A stretch of DNA of 64,000 bases from NCBI GenBank assembly GCA_965208575.1, contig CBDBOV010000006.1:1376001-1440000 (forward strand), given 5' to 3'. The stretch's first letter is position 1. Each line of letters opens with the position of its first letter. Made by a program: the position numbers and the translations under genes. Under the pieces are notes generated by a model. It saw only the letters and a list, made by a program, of their open reading frames with translations, was not told where the DNA came from and did no database searches. Below are positions 40,359 through 49,684 of the stretch, one piece after another. This stretch comes from Spirochaetia bacterium. GTDB lineage: Bacteria; Spirochaetota; Spirochaetia; SZUA-6; Bin103.

Positions 40359-41878
40359 GCGCACTCCTGCTCGCCCTGATGCTGGTCGCAGGCGCGGCGG
40401 GCGCGCGGGCGGGCCTGCTGGCGGCGGCGATCCTGTTCGCCGCCGCCCTGGCGGGAGGGGTGGCGGGCGCGCAGGCGATCGACACCGATGAGGAATCGCT
40501 GTTCGGCTCGCCCGAAGAGGATGACGACGGCACGCAGGCGAGTGTCGACACGGCCGATCTGTTCGGCTCGCCCGACGGGGAGGACGACAGCGCAGGCGAA
40601 GGCGCGCTCGATACCTCGGACCTGTTCGATGGCGAGGTGCTGGTTACGGAGCCGGAGGCGGCGGCCGATACGCCCGCGCCGGCCGCCCGGCCGCCGGTCG
40701 AGATAGGCGGTTCGTACCGTTTCTCGCTGACCGGGGAGGCGCACTGGACGTCGCCGGCCGAGCTGGCCGACGAGCCGCTGCAGCCGGACTCGCACCGCGC
40801 CACCGTGGACCTGGGCGCGACCGTGTTCCTGGATGCCCGTCCGGCGGACGACTTCCGGGTGTTTGGCAAGGTAGACCTGAGCTATCCGTTCAGCACCGAT
40901 ACCGACGCGCAGCCGGCGCGCGATTTCGACGACGTGGTCTCGGTAAAGGAGCTGTTCTCGGATTTCTCGATCGGCGACGCGCTGTTCCTGCGCGGCGGCA
41001 AGCACACGATCGCCTGGGGCGTGGGCTACTTCTTCAGTCCGGCGGACGTGCTCAACCTGACCGCCATCGATCCGGAGGATCCCGACGCCGAGCGCGAGGG
41101 GCCGGTGTCGCTGCGCGCCAACCTGCCGATCGACTTTCACAACCTCTACCTGTACGCGATCGCCGACCCGGTCGACGGCGGCGTGCAGTTCGCCGCGGCG
41201 CCCAAGGCGGAGGTGGTGCTGGACGGGGCCGAGGTGGGCATCGGCGCCTACTTCCACCCCGAGCGGGTGCCGCGCGCCATGCTGACGCTGACCACCAGCC
41301 TGCTGGAGTTCGACCTGTTCGCGGAGCTGGAGGGCAGCCTCGGCTCCGACCGCCGGTTCGTGCAGCGGGCCGCCCGCGGCACCGGCAATGCGTTCGGGCT
41401 GCGCACCGCCCGCAACACCGAAGACCCGTTCGCGGCGGCCACGGCCGGGTTGCGCTACACCTACGCGCCGGCCGAGGAGGAGTGGTCGGCCACCCTGGCG
41501 GGCCAGTACCTGTGGAACGGCGAGGGCTACGACGACCCGGACCTGCTGCGCGCCAACCGCGCCGGGGTGGCCGCGCTGCTGGCGGCGGGCGACCTGAGCG
41601 GCGCCGACCTGGCGTTCCGGGGCCGGCACTACGCGGCCGCGTCGCTCAACGTCGCGCTCGGCCGCGGCGCCGACTGGTCGGCCGGCGTGCTGTGGCTGTC
41701 CAACCTGAGCGACGGCTCCGCGCGGGTCGCGCCCTCGGTCACGTTCCGGCCGCTCGACTACCTCAGCCTGCGCGCCGCCGCCACCGTGACCTACGGCGAC
41801 GAAGGCGCTGAAATGACCCCGCTCGGCCCCCGCGTCGGTGTCTCCCTCACCGCCACCCTCGGCTCCGGCCGGTTCTGA
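40355..41878 (+). CDS. Putative outer-membrane beta-barrel protein
   Basis: Signal peptide, acidic DLFG repeats, GKHTIAWGVGYFFSPADV, amphipathic strands and terminal Phe. Confidence 0.7.
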   Translation: MSALLLALMLVAGAAGARAGLLAAAILFAAALAGGVAGAQAIDTDEESLFGSPEEDDDGTQASVDTADLFGSPDGEDDSAGEGALDTSDLFDGEVLVTEPEAAADTPAPAARPPVEIGGSYRFSLTGEAHWTSPAELADEPLQPDSHRATVDLGATVFLDARPADDFRVFGKVDLSYPFSTDTDAQPARDFDDVVSVKELFSDFSIGDALFLRGGKHTIAWGVGYFFSPADVLNLTAIDPEDPDAEREGPVSLRANLPIDFHNLYLYAIADPVDGGVQFAAAPKAEVVLDGAEVGIGAYFHPERVPRAMLTLTTSLLEFDLFAELEGSLGSDRRFVQRAARGTGNAFGLRTARNTEDPFAAATAGLRYTYAPAEEEWSATLAGQYLWNGEGYDDPDLLRANRAGVAALLAAGDLSGADLAFRGRHYAAASLNVALGRGADWSAGVLWLSNLSDGSARVAPSVTFRPLDYLSLRAAATVTYGDEGAEMTPLGPRVGVSLTATLGSGRF

Positions 41879-41904
41879 CCGCCCGCCGGTGAGATGAACT
41901 CGGT

Positions 41905-42004
41905 AATGGATACGAAACAGAGATCGACAGTCTGTTGATATACGTAGTATCTATATTCAATCGGCTGCCGCTCCTTGCCATTCCGAGCCGTGAAGGAGTT
42001 GTTC
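41905..42004 (+). promoter_or_regulatory. Conserved AT-rich leader or promoter with RBS (also at about 43483, 45076 and 48238)
   Basis: gagatcgacag..tgttgat.tacgtagtat.ta.attcaatcgg...(a/g)ggagtt(g/a)ttcATG precedes four of the five copies. Confidence 0.55.
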
Positions 42005-43234
42005 ATGGTCCCAGGCTCCGCGCCCGCGGGCGGGCGTCGCCGGTCAGCTCGCGCAGCCCGAGTGCACGCCGCGGCCGCGTTGGGCCTGTTCCTTCTCCTC
42101 GCGCTCACCGGGTGTAGTCGGGCTTCCGGAGCCGCCGGCACGGAGGAGAGTCGGCAAGAACCCGTAATAACCATCGCCGCGGCGGTGGACTCCATGACTG
42201 CCGACGGCCCGCTGCAGTTCCTGGTGCACGCCGCTCCCGCCCCGCGCGCCGCCCTCACCGTCCGCGTCTCCATTGCGGCCGACTCCTGCACCCTCACCCG
42301 AACGTCGGATACGGTGACCATCGCCGCGGGTGAGTCACGCGCCTCCCTCACGGTGGAAACGAGCGGCGTAGCGGTGGGCGCCGGGCGCTGCGTCGTCACC
42401 GCCGCCATCGCGGCCGGCGACGGCTACCGCGCAGGCGCCGCCGAGGCGTCGGCGAGCGCGACCCTGATGCCGGTGCCGCCGGTGGTAACCATCGCGGCGG
42501 GCGACGGCCCGGTGACCGAAGGCGACCCGGTAACGTTCACGCTGACCGCGGCGCCGCCGCCGGCCACACCCCTGGCGGTCGACGTGAGCTGGGAGGAGTC
42601 CGGCTCGTTCCTGACCCCGAGCCGTCCGCAGACGCTCACCATCCCCGCCTCCGGGACCGCCCCGCTCACGGCGGCCACCATCGACGACGGCGCCGACGAG
42701 CCTAATGGCTCGGTGACGGCCACCGTAGCCGCCGGCAGCGGCTACACCGTCGGCCGGGCAGACACGGCCACCGTCGAGGTCACCGACAACGACCCTTCAG
42801 CGCCGTCGACGCCAAGGCCAAGGGGTCCGGTGGTGACCTGCACGGTTGCCGCCACGTTTGTGTGCGAGGGCGCCGACGCGGTGTGGACGCTGCAGGTGAC
42901 CCCGGCACCCGCGTCCTCACTGACGGTCCGTATCAGTCTGACGTACGCTGGAAGACTCTGGTGGCGCCAGCTCCCATCACCTCTCCCGCGTGCCGGCACG
43001 GTCACGATCTCCAGCACCTCCGGGAGGGGCACGTATAGAATGGCCACCGTCGACAACGACGTCAGAAACGATATAGCCCTGATACATCTTGCGGTCGAGC
43101 AGGTCGAGGGCTACGTACCGCCGCCCAGCGGATATGCAGGTGTGACAGTAATGGTTGTGGACAACGAAACGCCTAGCCGTCACTGCCCGACTTCGGCGGC
43201 GGTTCAGGGCGCTTACCCACCCGGCGGGGACTAG
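42005..43234 (+). CDS. Calx-beta-like repeat lipoprotein, copy 1
   Basis: Lipobox LALTGC; Calx-beta-like motifs VTEG..VTFTL, TIDDGADEPNGSVT, GYTVG..ATVEVTDND. Confidence 0.82.
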   Translation: MVPGSAPAGGRRRSARAARVHAAAALGLFLLLALTGCSRASGAAGTEESRQEPVITIAAAVDSMTADGPLQFLVHAAPAPRAALTVRVSIAADSCTLTRTSDTVTIAAGESRASLTVETSGVAVGAGRCVVTAAIAAGDGYRAGAAEASASATLMPVPPVVTIAAGDGPVTEGDPVTFTLTAAPPPATPLAVDVSWEESGSFLTPSRPQTLTIPASGTAPLTAATIDDGADEPNGSVTATVAAGSGYTVGRADTATVEVTDNDPSAPSTPRPRGPVVTCTVAATFVCEGADAVWTLQVTPAPASSLTVRISLTYAGRLWWRQLPSPLPRAGTVTISSTSGRGTYRMATVDNDVRNDIALIHLAVEQVEGYVPPPSGYAGVTVMVVDNETPSRHCPTSAAVQGAYPPGGD

Positions 43235-43580
43235 GGCGCCCGATGCGCGTGCGGCGCCCAAGCGTGCCGCCGGACGCAAGGCCGTGCGGGTCCGCGCGAT
43301 CGATGCCCTCGACCGACCACGCATCGCGGCGCGTGCGGCGCCGACCTGGCGTTCCGGGGCCGGCACTACGCGGCGACGAAGGCGCCGAACTGACCCCGCT
43401 TGGCCCCCGCGTCGGCGCATCCCTCACCGCCACCCTCGGTTCGGGCCGGTTCTGACCCCCGACAGTGAGATAAATGCGGAAATTGATACGGAACAGAGAT
43501 CGACAGATTGTTGATGTACGTAGTATATAGATTCAATCGGCTGCCGCTCCTTACCATTCCGAGCCATGAAGGAGTTGTTC

Positions 43581-44825
43581 ATGATCTCAGGCTCCGCGCC
43601 GGCGGGCCGGCATCGGCGGTTAGCTCTCGCAGCCCGAGTGCAGGCCGCGCCCGCGTTCGGCCTGCTCCTTCTCCTCGCGCTCGCGGGGTGTAGTCGGGCT
43701 TCCGGAGCCGCCGGCACGGAGGAGGCCACCCCTGAGAGTCGGCAACCCGTCGTAACCATCGCCGCGGCGGTGGACTCCATGGCTGCCGAGGGGCGGCTGC
43801 AGTTCCTGGTGCACGCCGCTCCCGCCCCGCGGGCCGACCTCACCGTCCGCGTCTCCATCGCGTCCGACCCCTGCAGCCTCACCAGGACGTCGGATACGGT
43901 GACCATCGCCGCGGGTGAGTCACGCGCCGCCCTGACGGTAGAAACGGGCGCCGTAGCGGTGGGCGCCGGGGGCTGCGCCGTCACCGCCACCATCGCGGCC
44001 GGCGACGGCTACCGCGCCGGCGCCGCCGCCAAAACGTCGGCGAGCGCGACCCTCATGCCGGTGCCGCCGGTGGTAACGATCGCGGCGGGCGACAGCCCGG
44101 TGACCGAGGGCGACCCGGTAACGTTCACGCTGACCGCGGCGCCGCCGCCCGCCTCACCCCTGGCGGTCGACGTGAGCTGGGCGGAGTCCGGCAAGTTCCT
44201 GACCCCGAGCCGTCCGCAGACGCTCACCATCCCCGCCACCGGGACCGCAACGCTCACGGCGGCCACCATCGACGACGGCGCCGACGAGCCGGACGGCTCG
44301 GTGACGGCCACCGTAGCCGCCGGCAGCGGCTACACCGTCGGCCGGGCAGACTCGGCCACCGTCGAGGTCACCGACAACGACCCCCCAGCGCGGTCGACTC
44401 CAAGGCCAAGGGTGCCGATGGTGATCGTCACGGTTGACGCCGCGCATGTGTGCGAGGGCGCCGACGCGGTGTGGACGCTGTTCGCGATCCCGGCACCCGC
44501 GTCCTCACTGACGGTCCGTATCAGTCTGAGGTACGCTGGGAGTCTCTGGGGGCACCTGCTCCCATCACCCCTCCCGCGTACCGGCACGGTCTCGATCTCC
44601 AGCACCACCGGGAGGGGCACGTATAGAATGCCCACCATCGACAACGACGTCAGCAGCGATTTAGCCCTGATATATCTTAAGGTCGAGCAGGGCGAGGGCT
44701 ACGTACCGCCGCCCATCGGGAGCAGATATGCAGGTGCCAGAATAGTCGTTTGGGGCAACGGAACGCCTCGCCGCTGCCCGACTTCGGCGGCGGGCCAGGG
44801 CGCTTACCCACCCGGTGGGGACTAG
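43581..44825 (+). CDS. Calx-beta-like repeat lipoprotein, copy 2
   Basis: Lipobox LALAGC; same architecture as copy 1. Confidence 0.82.
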   Translation: MISGSAPAGRHRRLALAARVQAAPAFGLLLLLALAGCSRASGAAGTEEATPESRQPVVTIAAAVDSMAAEGRLQFLVHAAPAPRADLTVRVSIASDPCSLTRTSDTVTIAAGESRAALTVETGAVAVGAGGCAVTATIAAGDGYRAGAAAKTSASATLMPVPPVVTIAAGDSPVTEGDPVTFTLTAAPPPASPLAVDVSWAESGKFLTPSRPQTLTIPATGTATLTAATIDDGADEPDGSVTATVAAGSGYTVGRADSATVEVTDNDPPARSTPRPRVPMVIVTVDAAHVCEGADAVWTLFAIPAPASSLTVRISLRYAGSLWGHLLPSPLPRTGTVSISSTTGRGTYRMPTIDNDVSSDLALIYLKVEQGEGYVPPPIGSRYAGARIVVWGNGTPRRCPTSAAGQGAYPPGGD

Positions 44826-45173
44826 GGCACGCCCGGTGCGCGTGCGGCGCCCAAGCGTGCCGCCGGACGCAAGGCCGTGCGGTTCCGCGCGATCAATACC
44901 CTCGACCGACCACGCATCGCGGCGCGTGCGGCGCCGTCCTGGCGTTCCGGGGCCGGCACTACGCGGCGACGAAGGCGCCGAAATGACCCCGCTCGGCCCT
45001 CGCGTCGGCGCCTCCCTCAGCGCCACCCTCGGCTCCGGCCGGTTCCGGCCGCCCGACGGTGAGATGAATGCGGAGATGATACGGAACAGAGATCGACAGA
45101 TTGTTGATATATGTAGTATCTATATTCAATCGGCCGCCGCTCCTCACCATTCCGAGCCGTGAGGGAGTTGTTC

Positions 45174-46757
45174 ATGACCCCAGGTTCCTCGCCGGCGGGC
45201 CGGCATCGCCGGTCAGCTCGTGCAGCCCGAGTGCAGGCCGCGGCTGCGTTTGGCCTGCTTCTGTTCCTCGCGCTCGCGGGGTGTAGTCGGGCTTCCGGAG
45301 CCGCCGGCACGGAGGAGGCCACCCCTGAGAGTCGGCAACCCGTCGTAACCATCGCCGCGGCGGTGGACTCCATGGCTGCCGAGGGGCGGCTGCAGTTCCT
45401 GGTGCACGCCGCTCCCGCCCCGCGGGCCGCCCTAACCGTCCGCGTCTCCATCGCGGCCGACTCCTGCACCCTCACCCGAACGTCGGATACGGTGACCATC
45501 GCCGCGGGTGAGTCACGCGCCACCCTCACGGTAGAAACGGGCGCCGTAGCGGTGGGCGCCGGGGGCTGCGCCGTCACCGCCACCATCGCGGCCGGCGACG
45601 GCTACCGCGCAGGGGCCGCCAAGGCGTCGGCGAGCGCGAACCTCATGCCGGTGCCGCCGGTGGTAACCATCGCGGCGGGCGACAGCCCGGTGACCGAAGG
45701 CCACCCGGTAACGTTCACGCTGACCGCGGCGCCGCCGCCGGCCTCCCCCCTGACCGTCGACGTAGAGTGGGAGGAGTCCGACTCGTTCCTGACCCCGAGC
45801 CCTCCGCAGACGGTCACCATCCCCGCCACCGGGACCGCCACGCTCACGGCGGACACCGACGACGACGGTACCGACGAGCCGGACGGCTCGGTGACGGCCA
45901 CCGTAGCCGCCGGCAGCGGCTACACCGTCGGCCGGGCAGACACGGCCACCGTCGAGGTCACCGACAACGACCCGCCAGCGCGGTCGACTCCAGGGCCAAG
46001 GGTGCCGGTGGTGTTCGTCACGGTTAACGCCACGCATGTGTGCGAGGGCGCCGACGCGGTGTGGACGCTGTTCGCGGTCCCGGCACCCACGTCGACACTG
46101 ATGGTCCGTATCAGTCTGTCGTACTCGGGAAGTCGCTGGGAGCAACTGGTCCCATCACCCATCCCGCGTGCCGGCACGGTCTCGATCTCCAGCACCACCG
46201 GGAGGGGCACGTATAGAATGACCACCGTCGATAACGACGTCGGCAGCGACATAGCCCTTTTATTCCTTACGGTCGAGCGGGGCGAGGGCTACCTACCGCC
46301 GCCCAGCGGGAGCAGATACGCAGGTGGCAGATATGTAGGTGTGAAAATAATCGCTTGGGACAACGAATCGCCTAGCCGGCACTGTCCGGCGGTAACCATC
46401 GCGGCGGGCGCCAGCCCGGTGACCGAAGGCAACCCGGTGACGTTCACGCTGACCGCGGCGGCGCCGCCGGCCTCCTCCCTGACGGTCGACGTGGGCTGGG
46501 AGGAGTCCGGCTCGTTCCTGACCCCGAGCCCTCCGCAGACGGTCACCATCCCCGCATCCGGGACAGCCACGCTCACGGCGGACACCGTCGACGACGGTAC
46601 CGACGAGACGGACGGCTCGGTGACGGCAACCGTCGCGACCGGCAGTGGCTACACCGTCGGCTCGACAGACTCGGCCACCGTCGAGGTCACCGACAACGAC
46701 CCGTCCAGCGCCGTCGACTCCAGGGCCAAGGGTTCCGGTGGTGACCGTCGAGGCTGA
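45174..46757 (+). CDS. Calx-beta-like repeat lipoprotein, copy 3 (extra domain; frameshift near 46703)
   Basis: A fourth domain at 46391-46700 duplicates domain 2. The linker PAPSTPGPRVPVV continues in another frame. Confidence 0.78.
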   Translation: MTPGSSPAGRHRRSARAARVQAAAAFGLLLFLALAGCSRASGAAGTEEATPESRQPVVTIAAAVDSMAAEGRLQFLVHAAPAPRAALTVRVSIAADSCTLTRTSDTVTIAAGESRATLTVETGAVAVGAGGCAVTATIAAGDGYRAGAAKASASANLMPVPPVVTIAAGDSPVTEGHPVTFTLTAAPPPASPLTVDVEWEESDSFLTPSPPQTVTIPATGTATLTADTDDDGTDEPDGSVTATVAAGSGYTVGRADTATVEVTDNDPPARSTPGPRVPVVFVTVNATHVCEGADAVWTLFAVPAPTSTLMVRISLSYSGSRWEQLVPSPIPRAGTVSISSTTGRGTYRMTTVDNDVGSDIALLFLTVERGEGYLPPPSGSRYAGGRYVGVKIIAWDNESPSRHCPAVTIAAGASPVTEGNPVTFTLTAAAPPASSLTVDVGWEESGSFLTPSPPQTVTIPASGTATLTADTVDDGTDETDGSVTATVATGSGYTVGSTDSATVEVTDNDPSSAVDSRAKGSGGDRRG

Positions 46758-46779
46758 AGCCACGCATGTGGTGCCGCCG

Positions 46780-47946
46780 ATGTCCAGGTCAGCCCGCGCA
46801 GCCCGAGTGCAGGCCGCGGCCGCGTTGAGCCTGCTCCTCGCGCTCGCGGGGTGTAGTCGGGCTTCCGGAGTCGCCGGCACGGAGGCCGCCCCCGAGAGCC
46901 CGCAAGAACCGGTCGTGACCATCGCCACGGCGGTGGACTCCGTGACTGCCGACGAGCCGCTGCAGTTCCTGGTGCACGTCCCTCCCGCCCCGCGGGCCGA
47001 CCTCACCGTCCGCGTCTCCATCGCGTCCGACCCCTGCACCCTCACCAGGACGTCGGATACGGTGACCATCGCCGCGGGTGAGTCACGCGCCACCCTGACG
47101 GTAGAAACGGGCGGCGCAGCGGTGGGGGCCGGGGGCTGCGTCGTCACCGCCACCATCGCGGCCGGCGACGGCTACCGCGCCGGCGCCGCCGCCAAGGCGT
47201 CGGCGAGCGCGACCCTCATGCCGATGCCGCCGGTGGTAACGATCGCGGCGGGCGACGGCCCGGTGACCGAAGGCGACCCGGTAACGTTCACGCTGACCGC
47301 GGCGCCGCCGCCGGCCTCCCCCCTGACCGTCGACGTAGAGTGGGAGGAGTCCGACTCGTTCCTGACCCCGAGCCCTCCGCAGACGGTCACCATCCCCGCC
47401 ACCGGGACCGCAACGCTCACGGCGGACACCGACGACGACGGTACCGACGAGCCGGACGGCTCGGTGACGGCCACCGTAGCCGCCGGCAGCGGCTACACCG
47501 TCGGCCGGGCAGACTCGGCCACCGTCGAGGTCACCGACAACGACCCGCCAGCGCCGTCGACTCCAAGGCCAAGGGTTCCGGCGGTGACCGCCACGGCTGA
47601 CGCCAGGGACGTGTGCGAGGGCGACGCCGCGGTGTGGACGCTGACCGCGACCCCGGCACCCGCGTCCGCACTGTCCGTCCATGTCAGTCTGTTCTACTCC
47701 GCACTTTACCCCGGATCGTTCAGGCAGCTCCCATCACCCCGCCCGGTCACGATTTCCACCGCCGGGACGGGCACGTATAGTTTCGCCACCGTCGACAACG
47801 ACACCCGCGGGGAGAGACAATATCTCTCTCTCAGGGTCGATCCCGGCGCCGGCTACGTACCAGGGCCCGATACGAGGCCCATTGGGCGCCGATTTATCGG
47901 TGTGAGAATCGTCGTTAATGACAACGATGAGTTTCCCTGCCCGTAG
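46780..47946 (+). CDS. Calx-beta-like repeat lipoprotein, copy 4 (lacks its own leader and RBS)
   Basis: MSRSARAAR...LALAGC; the conserved leader is absent upstream. Confidence 0.72.
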   Translation: MSRSARAARVQAAAALSLLLALAGCSRASGVAGTEAAPESPQEPVVTIATAVDSVTADEPLQFLVHVPPAPRADLTVRVSIASDPCTLTRTSDTVTIAAGESRATLTVETGGAAVGAGGCVVTATIAAGDGYRAGAAAKASASATLMPMPPVVTIAAGDGPVTEGDPVTFTLTAAPPPASPLTVDVEWEESDSFLTPSPPQTVTIPATGTATLTADTDDDGTDEPDGSVTATVAAGSGYTVGRADSATVEVTDNDPPAPSTPRPRVPAVTATADARDVCEGDAAVWTLTATPAPASALSVHVSLFYSALYPGSFRQLPSPRPVTISTAGTGTYSFATVDNDTRGERQYLSLRVDPGAGYVPGPDTRPIGRRFIGVRIVVNDNDEFPCP

Positions 47947-48335
47947 TCGGCGGCGACCTATGGCGCTTTCGCACCCGGCGGGGACTAGGGCACGTCCGGT
48001 GCGGTGCGGCGCGCAAGCGTGCCGCGGGAGGCAAGGCCGTGCGGTTCCGCGCGATCGATACCCTCGACCGACCACGCATCGCGGCGCGGGCGGCGCCGAC
48101 CTGGCGTTCCGGGGCCGGCACTACGCGGCGACGAAGGCGCCGAAATGACGCCGCCCGGCCCCCGCGTCGGCGCCTCCCTCACCGCCACCCTCGGCTCGGG
48201 CCGGTTCTGACCCCCGACAGTGAGATAAATGCGGAAATTGATACGGAACAGAGATCGACAGATTGTTGATGTACGTAGTATGTAGATTCAATCGGCTGCC
48301 GCTCCTTACCATTCCGAGCCATGAAGGAGTTATTC

Positions 48336-49631
48336 ATGATCTCTGGTTCCGCGCCGGCGGGCCGGCAACGCAATAGCCGGTCAACTCTCGCAGCCCGAGT
48401 GCAGGCCGCGGCCGCGTTGAGCCTGCTCCTCGCGCTCGCGGGGTGTAGTCGGGCTTCCGGAGCCGCCGGCACGGAGGCCGCCCCCGAGAGCCCGCAAGAA
48501 CCGGTAGTGACCATCGCCACAGCGGTGGACTCCGTGACTGCCGGCGAGTCGCTGCAGTTCCTGGTGCACGCCGCTCCCGCCCCGCGCGCCGACCTCACCG
48601 TCCGCGTCTCCATCGCGTCCGACTCCTGCACCCTCACCAGGTCGTCGGATACGGTGACCATCGTCGCGGGTGAGTCACGCGCCACCCTGACGGTAGAAAC
48701 GGGCGCCGCAGCGGTGGGGGCCGGGGGCTGCGTCGTCACCGCCACCATCGCGGCCGGCGACGGCTACCGCACGGGCGCCGCCAAGGCGTCGGCGAGCGCG
48801 ACCCTCATGCCGGTGCAGCCGGTGGTAACCATCGCGGCGGGCGACGGCCCGGTGACCGAAGGCGACCCGGTAACGTTCACGCTGACCGCGGCGCCGCCGC
48901 CGGCCTCCCCCCTGACCGTCGACGTAGAGTGGGAGGAGTCCGACTCGTTCCTGACCCCGAGCCCTCCGCAGACGGTCACCATCCCCGCCACCGGGACCGC
49001 AACGCTCACGGCGGACACCGACGACGACGGTACCGACGAGCCGGACGGCTCGGTGACGGCCACCGTAGTCGCCGGCAGCGGCTACACCGTCGGCCGGGCA
49101 GACGCGGCCACCGTCGAGGTCACCGACAACGACCCTCCAGCGCCGTCGACTCCAAGGCCAAGGGTGCCGGTGGTGACCGCCAGGGCTGTCGCCAGGCAGA
49201 TATGCGAGGGCGCCGACGCGGTGTGGAAGCTGACCGCGACCCCGGCACCCGCGTCCGCACTGTCCGTCAATGTCAGTCTGTTCTACGAAGCACTTTGGCC
49301 CGGATCGTTCAGGCAGCTCCCATCACGCCCGGTCTCGATCTCCAGCGCCGGGACGGGCCGGTATAGTATGGCCACCGTCGACAACCACTCCCGCGACATT
49401 CACCAATACCTATTTCTCAGGGTCGATCCCGGCGCCGGCTACGTAGCAGGGCCCGTTACGAGCCCCGTTTGGCGCCGATTAGTATTAATCGTCGTTTTGG
49501 ACGCGGACGCACTGGCGTGCGGTTCCGCACGGCATGAGCCTGAACGGACGGATCCGCCAGATGCTCGAACAGAGCGTGTCAGGCCGACAGGTCCAGAACA
49601 CCTGAAGCGGTTCAAGACCGCGAAACCGTAA
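48336..49631 (+). CDS. Calx-beta-like repeat lipoprotein, copy 5
   Basis: Same architecture; the C-terminal tail runs into non-homologous sequence after about 49530. Confidence 0.8.
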   Translation: MISGSAPAGRQRNSRSTLAARVQAAAALSLLLALAGCSRASGAAGTEAAPESPQEPVVTIATAVDSVTAGESLQFLVHAAPAPRADLTVRVSIASDSCTLTRSSDTVTIVAGESRATLTVETGAAAVGAGGCVVTATIAAGDGYRTGAAKASASATLMPVQPVVTIAAGDGPVTEGDPVTFTLTAAPPPASPLTVDVEWEESDSFLTPSPPQTVTIPATGTATLTADTDDDGTDEPDGSVTATVVAGSGYTVGRADAATVEVTDNDPPAPSTPRPRVPVVTARAVARQICEGADAVWKLTATPAPASALSVNVSLFYEALWPGSFRQLPSRPVSISSAGTGRYSMATVDNHSRDIHQYLFLRVDPGAGYVAGPVTSPVWRRLVLIVVLDADALACGSARHEPERTDPPDARTERVRPTGPEHLKRFKTAKP

Positions 49632-49684
49632 ATCAAGGTAATCAAAAAGGGCTTCGTTCACTCGTTTCTTGACATCCTCAGTGA

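Larger units (their letters stand above)
41795..49530 (+). repeat. Tandem array of about 1.58-kb units, each with an OMP 3'-end relic, a leader and a lipoprotein gene
   Basis: The marker ggcgacgaaggcg recurs at 41795, 43372, 44965 and 48127; five homologous ORFs. Confidence 0.95.

Noticed and set aside
41900-48340. CRISPR array or ncRNA from the recurring AT-rich motif
   Set aside because: The spacing is about 1.6 kb and the motif is the duplicated gene leader; no cas genes are present.
41795-49631. Diversity-generating retroelement explanation for the variable tips
   Set aside because: No RT or template repeat nearby. The substitutions are not confined to adenines or AAC codons and include indels. 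A remote DGR cannot be fully excluded.
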